A stretch of DNA of 64,000 bases from Azolla caroliniana (Eukaryota; Plantae; Polypodiophyta), in contig JBHGNT010000014.1 of NCBI GenBank assembly GCA_043228905.1, positions 20,274,001 to 20,338,000 on the forward strand, written 5' to 3'. The notes under the pieces were generated by a model, which was not told the DNA's origin, searched no databases, and saw nothing but the letters and a program-made list of their open reading frames with translations. How positions within the stretch are numbered: the stretch's first letter is position 1; the number at the start of each line of letters is the position of its first letter. Positions 13,901-26,229 of this stretch are shown one piece after another. The position numbers and the translations under genes were made by a program.

Positions 13901-16900
13901 ACCACAGGTTTGCTTTTAGCTAAGCCATTGTAATTATTAGTAGCCACCAATTCTGTATCCGACTTCCCTAAACTTTTAATATTGTTTGGCTTCACAGCCA
14001 TGTTTCCAAGAGAATACATATCAGAAAGTCTTTCAAGCCTGCCTTCTGATACTGTCCTTCTCAAAGGGTATTGAGAAAACTGCCTGTGATTCTTAACCAT
14101 ACTAAGACCCTCAGTCATATTGATACCATTTGAGGAAAAATCGTTTTGTTGTATTTTTACAGGCATATTCATATCGGTTGTTGACGTTTTCTCTTTATAA
14201 TTGTTTGAGCAGCATACGGAAGAGTTGAGTGGAGTATCTTCTGCAGATATTTGCCAAGCATCCTCACAATCAATATTGTGCAGAGATTGTCTCATATCTG
14301 AAGTTTTCTCCCCTGCTGACGATGGATCATCAATAGATGCATCATGAAGCACATGTAAGACTTCACCCTTGCAATTAAAAATCTGTGAGGGTGGAAATAC
14401 TGACTTTGGAGCATCCCGCCTGGCACCACTTTGATGCCTCTCCCAGGTGTTTGAGAAGAAATCATCCAAGTACATTGTTAAGTCCTCATCAGAAGACTCA
14501 AATACTTTAGCCAATTTACGTGCACCCAAACTAAATGCACTACGTATTCTAAAGTAACTTGCTGCAATCATTTACAGAATGATAAGGAAAGGGGAAATGC
14601 AATTTTGATAAACTCCAGTTTCACTTAAAGGCCCTTAAACAATGGCAATTTATAAAGATGAATATGGTTGACGACTGATGGATGCAGAATTCTCAAAATA
14701 AGCATATGACATCAGATATGATTCTATAAGAAGAAAAGATATCATTTCAAGAGATCAACAGCATGTTATAGAGAATTATCATTGCTACTGTATGCACAGA
14801 AAATGAGTGGATAACCTGTGCACCACAAGATAGAGATAGGCGGTAAACGCATTAATATGTGGGGGATATCTCTAAACATGAGATGTCGGGTCAGCCCATT
14901 AATCGAAAAAGTCAATGAGTCATTTGCCAGTGTGTAACACTCCTCACACTCTCCTCTTAAAGATATGTGAACATTTCTAAAAGACCATAATGGCCTGCAA
15001 CACCTTCAAAGATCATAACTGCTTGAAAATGTCTATCTACCCTGGCTGCCTGAAACGACATGGCTTGAGATGTAACCATGGAAAATTGACAACCAGGATC
15101 TGCATAAGCAGAAAATATGTTTATATTGTCATTTTTTGAGGATTTACACAACATCGTTTCTTTTTTCTTTTTCTTCGCTGCTTTCATGCACCCACCTCAC
15201 TTCAGGTTAAACTGAAAAGTCTGCTTTTAAATTTTCGTTTTGAAATTCTACACTACTGTTACAGTCATCAATGAATGTCTAACTGTCGTCTATGTCTAAC
15301 AATTGATTGGCCAGGATTGATCGAAGAAAGTTCATTTCCATTATATTAGAAAAATATGTATCTGAGTGGCATCCCTTTAAAAAGAAATATGAACATGATG
15401 TAATAGCAAAGTACATTCCATGCAAAAATCAACTAGTATCAATTTAGCTGCACAAAATGAAGCACCAACGTTGAAATTTTGCAAATCTAAGACTAACCTT
15501 TGCTGACACTTCGTCCTAAGTTATTGTTGATTTGCAATGGATCGAGTACATTTAGAAACTTCTCACCAAATACTCGAGCTTGTAGATCATGATCCTTAGA
15601 CTCATACTTTGTACGGCAGGCTTCCAAAAACCCTTTGCTCAAAAGAAAAGCACCTTCACTAATGAGGGGTGGTTCTGCAAGCATTAGATGGACAATTTTC
15701 AGATTAATCAAGAACTGAACATTGCAGGATGAAGAATCTTCTATAGCAGGATTACCTCTAGAAGAAGATGTTGATGCCAAAGGAACAGGACCCCATATAC
15801 TTACACAATACTTTTCCCAGTCAAAATTACTGAAATAGTCCATAAACGTGAATAAGACCTACATTTCCATTACCAGCCTTTTAGACAGATCTCAGCAATA
15901 ATGATTGGCACTGTAAAGATACTTTCGTTTCATAGCTAAGTCTACTTACCTCAAGGGGACCTCGTAAGGTAGCATGGAAAACATTAAAGATATATAATAC
16001 AAGGGTTTCCAACGCATAAGTAGATATAAGACCATGATGAGCACCTAGTAACCTACTCTCATAATAACACCATGCTTTAACAAGTATAATGCTCCGCTTG
16101 AACAAATGATCCTTCTGAATCAGACGATCCACCTGAAGACCATGACATGTGTAAATATCCAAGTAAAAGAATTTCAAAAACAAGATATTTTCGAAGTGAT
16201 AGTATAAGAAGCTTGCCTCCTCCAGAAAACAAAGTGTGGATAATCCCCCTAGCTGATTGAAGGAGATATCAACTACAATGCCTTCTACAAGACACTTGAC
16301 AATTTTTACCTGCATTTTAAATTTCGTCAAAGATAAAAGAGGATACAATCACATTAAGCACTCTACAATATTATTCAACCAGTGAATGCAGGTGAGCAGA
16401 ACTATGCATCGTACGAAACTAGTTTGCATAGCACATATAGTTCATAACATTTATCAATAAAAAGCAGGGTTCTGATCTAAATACATTTCTGATACAAATC
16501 TATTACTTTTCTAGAATTATCACCAGTTGTCTAGCTATCATACTTTTGTATCTGCCTCTATGTGATGGAATATTGATTGTCCAGGGAGTGCAACAGTGTA
16601 TGCTTATAATATTAACATGTAGCTTGTTTATTCACATGAGCAAACAAATACAAAAAGAGGGCAAATAAAAGTATTTACTTCTGCAGGAATGCACTGCACT
16701 TCTCGAACACAAAACCTGGTATCTTTTCTTCGCTCTTCATACTTGAGAACGGCTTGTACATCATTTGCCCATGTATCTCTTAGGTTTGGATGCCTACTGA
16801 AAGTTGTTAAATCAATATCTCCATCGGGAAGGTATGTTTTTAAAGGTACTGAACCGAACTTGAAAACCTATCATATAACACACTCTTTCATATTAGTTCT

Positions 16901-19900
16901 GAAAAAATATAACTGCGATAAGAACTTTTCAGTGTAAAAGTTATATCTTATCATTCTAGAAAGCAATTACTTAATTTAATCATTTCCCTAAACATTTCTC
17001 TGTATTTATTATCATACCCAAGGGTAATTTTCGTGACCCCTGACCTTACATACATTAGATGTTCCTGTTCTACTTCAAAGTCTGAATATTTTTCTTGCAG
17101 ATGTCAGAATTTAAACAACATCAAAATACTCGATATTTCTATCAGGATGCTAAACTGCATTCACTAGGATGAACATAATGTAGATTTCTCCCTTCTGGAT
17201 CAACCTATGCTAGAGATCTTTTGAAGACAATAATTACAATATATCTGACTTGAGAATCTTGCATGTATAGACAATGGGATTTCTCTAGTCACTTCTATTT
17301 TTATTTAGTTACACTTTATTTTGTTTGTTGTTCTCAAAGATGAGACAACATTTTAAGATGTAATCTCTTGTTTGGTTTTACGGGCCATGTTGGCATCTTA
17401 AAAAACATTATATCTTTATTTATTCCATTCAAATGCATGCAAGAAAACCACCAAGTGGGTGACAAGTAGGAATCATCAACAGTTCAGTTTCAGCTTAACT
17501 GGTTTGGGGGGAGCTCAAACTTGAACCAAACTGAACCCTAAACAGGTTACTGATCTTTTTGGTTTTATTTTTATTTTTTTTCTCTCTCAGTTTTTGGGAC
17601 AGTAGGGATGTCATAACTTTATTTTTCTTTCTCCTCTCTCTTTCTCTCTCTTTCTCTCTCTTTTCTCTCTCTCTTTTCTCTACTTTTATATTTACAGAGT
17701 ATTATTTACTTATTTTTTTGATTTGCTGTTCTCAAAGACGAGGCAACACTTAAGATGTAATCTCTTATTTGGTCTTATAGGCCATTTTGGCCTCTTAAAA
17801 CACGTTAATATATCTTTCTTCTTTCTTTCTCTCTTTGTTAAAGACGTTATTATCTTTATTTCTTAAAATTGGACATCGCAAGACTTGTATGCCATGAGTC
17901 ATGCAAGCTCATAAAGAAGGGCATCGTGCCTTTTATCGAGACGGACATGTGATAATAAATGAATGGCCTACGGCCCATGTGACTGAAGATAAAATCAGGA
18001 TGACTTTATGGAATTGTAACAGCGCACTTTGGACACACCCTAGCCATTTAGGGGAGATTTTAAAGATATAAAATATACTTTTCATAGTAGAAACAAACCA
18101 TAGCCCAAATAGAGGACTCCCACGAGCTGAAGGTTTCCGTTGGGAATCAGTATTTAGACAAAACTCACACTGACACACTACCAAAGGATCTGGAGGTGTT
18201 GCAATATTGTTTCGGAGAAAGAAAGATATATTAACATCTTTTAAGAGGCCAAAATGGCCTATAAGACCAAATAAGAGATTACATCTTAAGTGTTGTCTCG
18301 TCTTTGAGAACAAATCAAAATATAAAAAAATATTACACAGTAAATATAAAAGTAAATAACATGAAAAGAAAAGAAAAGAAATGAGGGAATCTAGTTTTTG
18401 GCACATGTGAGATCCTCAAGTTAGGTATATTGTAGCTTTTGTCTTCGAAAGATCTCTAGCATAGGTCAATCCAGAATGGAAATGTCTCTGAAGCGAGGGA
18501 AGCACCTACGGTGGCGGGAAATAATGGCTTTTATATGTCGATAACAAGGCTGTCGAGGTCGTGGTCCATGGGGCCGAGGCCTACGTGCACGGCAAATTGC
18601 CATTGCCCGATCAATTGTAACCCCTTTGTTATGTCCTAGTCTGAAGCCCATTTGTGTATCCCGGGGTTGACTTCTAGCATTAGGAGAGAGATACATAGTA
18701 TGAAGGGCAGTATTTATTGCCCTTTGTTACTTTCCCCTGAAAGGATCTCGTTATAATATGGCTGGAGAAATGAGATTAGCTGATCAAGGAGTGCCACATG
18801 GGCCTTCTCAAGGGAAAGTCTTCCTCGTAGAAGATTTCAATGCGAGAACCCAATCCCAACAGTGCACAATATTTCAGACAAATAAAAACCTAGAAACGGT
18901 GAGTGTTGATCCCTTAGCTATAGGCATCACACATAGATCAAAAGACCAAAGTGCGGACGCCACCAGCTTTGGCCATCATCTGCTCGAACTTGGAAGTCAG
19001 CACCAAATGATCATATATAATGGTTTAGCAAGGTAGAGTATGGTCTATGTCACAGAATAGATGGTATGGTGAGGATTGCAGAGACTTATATAGACAACTT
19101 AAGGTATCGTGAGTTAGTGGTACTATTACCTAAGTACAAGCTCGCAAAGAAATGCGCACGATGAACATCATAAGAGACGAGTATGGGAAGCATCTCAATA
19201 TTGGGAGCTCTACCATATGCTCATGAGTAGCAACTATTCCATTGCATGGAAGAGACTACAAGAACCAAGACCACAAACACCCATCGAGGATCCAAACACT
19301 TGGCACACATATACAGAGTGTTGGGAAACAGGTTCCTCCGGATGGTAAGAGAACGAACCGAATCAGGTGGAGTCAATGAGTAATTCGGCCGAGGCTGAGA
19401 TCGAAAACCGAAATCGAAAATCGATTTCCCGATTCAAGGGGCTATAATTGTAAATAGTCTGAATGTGCCCCTTGTGGGCTATATTTGTAAATAGCCTGAA
19501 AGTTGTTTTAGTATATAAGCAACTAGGGCAAACTTTATAGAATGTGGTTGATCATTAGTAGTTGAATCATTATAGTTGTAATAAGTTACTGAGAAGGTTG
19601 TTGCCTCTGTAACTGTGTAAGGAAGAGAGAGTGAGAGTGTCAGAGTTAGTAAATCCACAACCGTCAGTCCTACGAAGAAGAACTCAAGGTCGTTGCCTCC
19701 AAGATTCTTATTGTACTACTTCTTTATCATAGTGATTCTGTTTCTCGGGGTTTGTGGAACCCCATGGTTTTTTCACAATTCGGGTTTTCCAGGTAAAAGA
19801 TCTTGTGTCTCTGTTTTCGTTTTATGTCTTCTTGTTTTCTGTCTGCGTACTGTCAATCAAGATTCTTTGCACCCAAACATTCAAAGTATAACCGGTTGTG

Positions 19901-22900
19901 GCCGGTCAGGATCATAACACAGAGAGACTTTACCAATTCGCGAACCAGCCACCCATTCATATACCTTCTATACCTCGATCTACCATGGGGACATTTTATA
20001 CGACGTCTAGGGTCACTAAGCAATTATTCCATTGCATGGAAGAGACTACGGAAACCAAGATCACAAACACCCATCGAGGATCCAAACACTTGGCACACAT
20101 ATACAGAGAGACTTTACCAATTCCCGAACCAACCACCCATTCATATGCCTTCTACACCTTAACCTACCATGGGACATTTTATATGACCTCTAGGGTCACT
20201 AAGCAATTATTCCATTGCATGGAAGAGACTACGGGAACCAAGACCACAAACACCCATCGAGGATCCAAACACTTGGCGCACATATACAGAGAGACTTTAC
20301 CAATTCCCGAACCAGCCACCCATTCATATGCGTTCTACACCTCGACCTACCATGGGGACATTTTATACGACCTCTAGGGTCACTAAGGTCATAAAGAAAT
20401 TGCAACATAGAAAGTCCATGGATCACACAAGATTGTGAGTTGAACACATCATATATGCACGAGAGTGTCTAGCTCCTTTTCTCACTCTACTCTTCAATCA
20501 TGCCCTCGCTGAGGTTTTCCACCATAGTGGCCTTTATACATAAAAGAGGGGACCCCATGGTTCCAAATACATATAGGACCATTATGATTGGTCATATGCT
20601 CACTAAATTATATGGTGCAATAATAGAAGCAAAGCTCAGCGATTATATGGCAACATTAAATCTTCAAGCACCCAAACAAATGCTTAATTGACCATATTTT
20701 CACACTTAGATGCTTAATTGACCAGACCAAGGCTCGCAAGAAGAAATTATATTGCTGTTAGCAATGGGCCCGGTTCGGTTCAGTTCGGTTCGGTTTCTTT
20801 GCCTTGAAACTAAACCAAACTGAACCAAACCAAACCGTTTATGAACTTTCAAGCCATTAAACCAAACCATTTAAGAAAAGGTAAACTAAACTATTTAAAC
20901 CAAAACCGTTTAGGGAAAAGTTGAAACCAAACCGATCCATTTAATGAAAAATTTAAACCTAACCACATTTAAGCCAAACTAATTAAAAAATTAAATAAAT
21001 AAAAATACACTAAATTAAATAAGCATTTATGTTTAATTAATTAATTAATTAAATAAACATTAATTAAGTCATTAGATTAAATAAACATTTAAGTTAAGTG
21101 AATTAAATCAATAAAAAACATTAAGTTATGCATCCCTCTCACTCTTAGATAGACACTGCCACAAGGAATAATTTCAAGAGCCACAAACTTGGGGGTGGCT
21201 CTCCGACTCATTAGTGACCCATTCCCTCATGTATGCATCGATGTTTTGGGCTCTAGGGCTACCACCTTTCATGTGGGCGCAATTAGAGAGAACATTGGTA
21301 ATGATGCTATCACATCAACTCCAAAGCAAATTGACCGTGCCACATGACATCATTAGAGCAGAGGTCACTTACCCACGATGCTAGTAGAAGCACTTTTTCA
21401 ACTTGTAGTTTTATTAATAGGATACATAGCCAATCACAAGATAGGATATCTCGTCAAGCTTTCGAGGCATCTCAATCATTCTATAAGTCTGGCAATACTA
21501 GCTCTTGAGCCAAACTGAACAAAGCTCAAGCCTGTACCGAACTATCAAACCACCAAATCGTTGATAACGGTTTAATGGTTCAGTTCAGGATTGAACCAAA
21601 CCGTTGCCAACTCCTAGTGATATGCACATGCAAAACACTCATTAAGATATCCAGTAAGTGTAATGGTCACATCATGATTTGTTCATCCTCTAGAAAAGGG
21701 CAGAGGATATAAAATTCCTTGTTATGAAAGGTGGAAATATCATCAAAATAGTTTACATAAGCAACAGCCTATGTTGGCCATGACACGACCTCCTGAAAAA
21801 CTGACTCAATTGGTGGAGAGGCCAATGCAAGCTTTTTTGTCTTTCAATCCAGAATTTTTAAGAATGTTGTCTCCAGAAGGTGTTTTCTTTGTTTTGCTTT
21901 TATGATACTATAAAATATTCCTATAATTTTGGACTAAGGACTTTATTTCACATACATGAAGCTACATTGTACCACGCATAGAAGAGGATGTGTTAATGTA
22001 GCGCACAAACCTGTGAAACACAACCATAAAAACTACTCCACATCTAGAGCTGCCAAAGAATTTTCTTTTAAGGATAGCGTAAAAGAGAGCAAATCAGAAT
22101 CTGCAGATTTCAGCCTTCTAGCATGACTTTCCAATACATCTTTAGACGCCCTAGTTTTCTGCCAGTTATTTTGATGGCATAAGTGACATTCTTGAGTACT
22201 GTCTTTTATGAGAAGAGTGCCTTGGTCACTATTGTAGCTGTTACAGGGTCAGCCTGGATTACATCATTGCCACCGATACTTCACTACTTTCTGTGTTAAA
22301 TCATCGAGACTAATTGTCTCTCCAAATATTTTCAACCCTGCTTCCTATAAAGGATTGGTTCCCAAGTTTCTACCTCATAAAGAGCATATCAGTGTTACAA
22401 GTATATCAAACCACAGTTGTGGTTGTTCTCGGAGCTGTACATGGGCTTGAGCAAAAGCAGCCTTCCATAGGGAGGACCACAACCCTGTAAATGCTAGTCC
22501 TAGGTATGTGTATGGTAGTGTGTCCACAACCTTTTCCTTTTCCAATCAGAATTTGGGTTCTGAACTTGTTTCTCATGTCTGGGTGCTGTTACGCACCATC
22601 TCTTTAGTTTAGTTTTTATCAAGGTTTACTAACATATCCTTGTCTATGCAAAATGATTTTAAAATACATACATGTCTTTGATGTTCATTCAGAGAGTCAG
22701 AAATCCAGACAATATAAAGAACATATAGTAATATCCTAATGACTATCTCCCCAGGCAGCTCCTACTGAACCACCCAGTTTTTTTATGTAATTAGATACTT
22801 CATCAATATAAAGAACAAAGAGAGTGAGCATACTTGTTTCTCTCCAATCATGCAAGTCGTGGTCTCTAGCACCTAATTAGGAGCACAAGTGTTTCCTAAT

Positions 22901-24887
22901 GTATAGATTCTTCATATCATATCAACTACGACTCTAGTCCTTGCAAGCTGAACATGTGGTACAGTGTTGAGAGCCTTCCAGAATTCCCCAAACCAACGAT
23001 ATACTCTCATTTTATGGGCTCTTTCTTTCTCAACAAGAACTATTAAAGGGTCAATATGTGATCCAAATGGTGAACAGAAGCCATTTCTCTTTCCCATACA
23101 TTTTATTCTTACTCTAGGATTGAACCGCATAAATGGTGATAAGAGACATCCTTGTTCTACCCCAAATGGTACTGGCCACCTTGTCTGATACTCTTCTTGG
23201 AGACTGAAACTTCCTAGACACCAATTCATAGACTGCATAATCCCTCCATGCATATCCTTTGGTACCTTGCTAATTTGCGATCATTGCATGAGTTTAGCTT
23301 ATGACACCATGTCAAAGGCTTTAAATAAGTTTACAAAACCGCATTATATTCTTTACCTTCCTCAAGGAGAGCATATAGAGTCAATATGTGATCTAGGATA
23401 GTGATAACGTTCCTAAAACCTGCTTGCCTTTGAGTCCAATAATAACGGCCATTTGCACAAGTCAAAAACGAAATTTCTTACAACTTCGCCAACTGATAAC
23501 CTATCACGATTGTTTAGTATTTATCCCTCATCATGTGATCCCAGCTCTTAAAGATTGCTACAGAAGTACATTCAGTTTAGCTAGTCGAAATCTCACAAAC
23601 AGTTCTATTAAACATATGCAATGCACTAGAAGTATAGCCAAAGTATCAACTGCACACACAAAATACTCTCTTACCAAGCCATGATAGATTTAGGATTTTC
23701 CATTCTGGAGATTTTCAATCACATTAATTGTCATTGGCTTGGTGAATAATGTACAGCAAACTTCCTGTGAAGTAGTTGTTATTGAAGATTGTTTTGCATG
23801 AACATCTTCCAGGCCCTCTAGTTGTCTTGATTCATAAAAAGATTATGAATCTCCTGCCATATGAATTGGTTCCCTAGAGACAATGAGTTCTTTGATTTCT
23901 AGCATTTATGATGGGGATTCCATCAAGTGGTCTCCCATGCTTTCTCCACCTTCGCAATTCCAGCATGTCCATGCATCTGAATCTACCCATCATGAGGGGC
24001 CATTTTATGTTACTCGGTCATTACTACTTCCGATTGTAAGGAAGAATCTGGCATATTCTGTTACCTCTCCTTTGTGTTGTTCTGATCTTTGCCTGTCAAA
24101 TTCCTCTGCAGCAAGCTCTGCATGCATTACCTCAACATTTGCTTTCTACATCTGCATGCAGTACAGTCTCAAACTACAATGATGTCTCCCATGCCTGCAC
24201 ATTCTTATCCAAGAGATGATTTTGTACTTTTAATATTAACGAGGAGAATCTGATAGGTGCCTGACTTTTCTAGTGTGATAATAAGCATCCTACAAATTGA
24301 TAATATCCCACAACTCAAGGATATGTATCACTTGTTTTAGTAAAATATAATATAGAAGTTTGACTGTCAAATCTTACATTTTTAGAAACTTTTACATCCA
24401 TTTCTCATTATTTTACTGAAATATAAAATTGGAGGCTGTAAAAGTTTAAAAGTATAATGGCACAATACACCATTCTCATTCAAAATAACAAATAGCTGAA
24501 ATAAACTCATGATCATGACCAAGATATCCAAATGTTCCAGACCAACAAAAATCCATATCAGCCTTTTCAAAAGAAACCAATGCTATACCACAGCTATAAT
24601 CCATTAAATGTTTGGGGTAAAAGTCGTGATAGATTGGAGGGTCATTTCATTTATACAATCACCTGGCAATCAAGACACTTATGTATAAGATCCTTCACAT
24701 AGTCAGCAACAGCCTTCCTTTGTCTTTCAGAGTGGATGTTTGGTTCAATAAGAGACAATAGCTCAGCAGTACGTCGCTCTGCAGCAATCCAACGAATATC
24801 ATCGTATGAGGAAGAATGTTGTGTAACATATACCGATCTCTTCTCTATCAAGCCCAAGGGTTGTGGCACACCTTCAAAACAAGCCAA
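10994..24887 (-). CDS. Nucleotidyltransferase family protein (Pol beta-like NTase plus PAP/OAS1 substrate-binding domain); start codon unresolved
   Basis: Exons ~24887-24663, 16867-16679, 16309-16217, 16132-15950, 15858-15756, 15674-15498, 14561-13288, 13164-11974, 11899-11364, 11087-10994. Motifs RWIAAERRTAEL, FGSVPLKTYLPDGDIDL, VDISFNQLGG, FKRSIILVKAWCYYESR, DPLQINNNLGRSV, LEFGSLGP and C-terminal YQLKEEDFPPL. Confidence 0.92.
17680..18353. repeat. Long inverted repeat (arms ~17680-17822 and ~18218-18353), foldback/MITE-like; diverged third arm copy at ~17328-17418
   Basis: TGTTCTCAAAGACGAGGCAACACTTAAGATGTAATCTCTTATTTGGTCTTATAGGCCATTTTGGCCTCTTAAAA is matched by its near-perfect reverse complement about 400 bp downstream. 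Confidence 0.85.
19319..19919 (+). mobile_element. Solo LTR (601 bp)
   Basis: TGTTGG...TAACA termini with a perfect 5-bp TSD CAGAG; the LINE sequence resumes exactly after it. Orientation inferred from the internal TATA. Confidence 0.9.
19920..20386 (+). repeat. 183-bp tandem repeat within LINE ORF2 (about 3 copies counting the LTR-split copy from ~19230)
   Basis: ACCATGGGACATTTTATA...ATCCAAACACTTGGC..ACATATACAGAG recurs with a 183-bp period. Confidence 0.9.
20757..21616 (-). mobile_element. Non-autonomous hAT deletion derivative
   Basis: AAACC(G/A) subterminal arrays at both ends. Right TIR GTTGCCAACTCCTA resembles that of the 3319 MITE. Frameshifted trace of the hAT dimerisation motif (KLARDILS-like) at ~21440-21470 on the minus strand. 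Left TIR is degenerate. Confidence 0.7.
22910..23430 (-). mobile_element. LINE reverse-transcriptase fragments (partly duplicated)
   Basis: Remnant motifs GVEQGCLLSP, KALNTVPH and GFR..DHILTL. Confidence 0.7.
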
Positions 24888-24944
24888 TCCTCTTTCTTTC
24901 TCTCCCTCCCTCCCTCTCTCTCTCTCTCAAAAAAACACACACAT

Positions 24945-25835
24945 GCATGAGTTTATTTTTATACTCCTATATGCCGATGATGTTGTTTTATTCTCATATA
25001 ATCTGGATGACATGCAACACTATCTGGATGACATGCAACACTTACTTGACATATTCGACACATTCCCTCAAATCAGCAGGCTAACTGTTAACGTGGATAA
25101 AACAAAAATGATGGCAATAAAGGCAATACAACCAAGACATTACCCCATTTTTACATACAAGGGAGAACCAACACAACTGGTGCAAAGCTACAAATATCTT
25201 GGTATTAATGTCCCATCGACAAATAGATGGAATGTCTGCGATGGAATAAAATATGTATTGGAGCTCTCAGGTGATGCTATGAAGTATGTGATCACTGAGG
25301 CTATATTACTAGAGGTTCTAAGGATGAAGTGGCAAGATGTTACAATGTCAAAATTGGAATATTAAATTGTAGATATTAACCCCCACTATTGGCCCCAATA
25401 CAAAGAAAAATTGTCAGAATGTATCCAATTGCATCTCATTACACCCATGAGCCTAGCTCTTGAAGCGCCTTAATACTTCTTCAAAGTCACGCACATAAGT
25501 TAGGTGTTGAGGTAGCATCATGGAATCATCACGCAAACATGAAGATATGCAAGGTATGCAATGAAACCTAGTGGAGAACGAATATCACTTACTTATCGCA
25601 TGCTCAGCATATAAGGTAGTTGGCAAGAAATATGATAACTTGTTAGACGGGCATGATAATTTGAGTGTCATACTCAAATTTCCACCAAGAAGGGTGAGCA
25701 CATATGTGCATGCATTATTTTCACTTGAGAGTTTTTACGACAGAGTAGTAACCCCCTTCTTAAGGAATCACATTCAAGCTGATATGTTGATTTGGTCCAT
25801 AGGTCAAAATTGACCTCATCATGGACACTAAAATA
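24945..25835 (+). mobile_element. 5'-truncated LINE (RT C-terminal half plus C-terminal Cys/His motif)
   Basis: ILLYADDVVL, LTVNVDKTKMM, YKYLGIN and VENEYHLLIAC. Confidence 0.85.
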
Positions 25836-25844
25836 TCTATTCTA

Positions 25845-26140
25845 CTCTCTGCGTTTTCTGCGATGTCTGCCTGATCTCTGCATTCTTGTCCTCTGCATTT
25901 TTTCTAATGTCTGCCTAATCTCTGAATTCTTGTCCTCTACATTTTCTGCAATGTCTTCCTAATCTCTGCATTCCTGTCCTCTGCATTTTCTGTAATGGCT
26001 GCCTAGTCTCTGAATTCTTTTCCTCTGCATTTTCTGCAATGTCTACCAAATCTCTGAGTTCCTGTCCTTTGCATTTTCTGTAATGTCTGCTAATCCCTGA
26101 GTTCTTGTCCTCTGCGCTTTCTGCAATGTCTTTCTACTCT
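25845..26140 (+). repeat. Tandem array of ~44-bp units (6-7 copies)
   Basis: Unit approximately TCTCTGCATTCTTGTCCTCTGCATTTTCTGCAATGTCTGCCTAA. Confidence 0.9.
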
Positions 26141-26229
26141 TTGCAGTTGGCTTAATCTTTGCATTTCTTCCTCTACACTTTGTGTTTCTCCAACCTAATC
26201 CTTGTACTCGTTGTCCTAACTACAGAATA

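Larger units (their letters stand above)
18700..20757 (+). mobile_element. Degenerate LINE (endonuclease to RT N-terminus), interrupted by a solo LTR and truncated by a hAT element
   Basis: Endonuclease motifs (VFLVEDFNART, IIYNG) and RT motifs (HKRGDPMVPNTYRTIMIGH, KKLYCC), with frameshifts and stops. Confidence 0.8.

Noticed and set aside
11968-14571. 867-aa ORF as a stand-alone gene
   Set aside because: It consists of internal exons of the nucleotidyltransferase gene, with splice sites at both ends.
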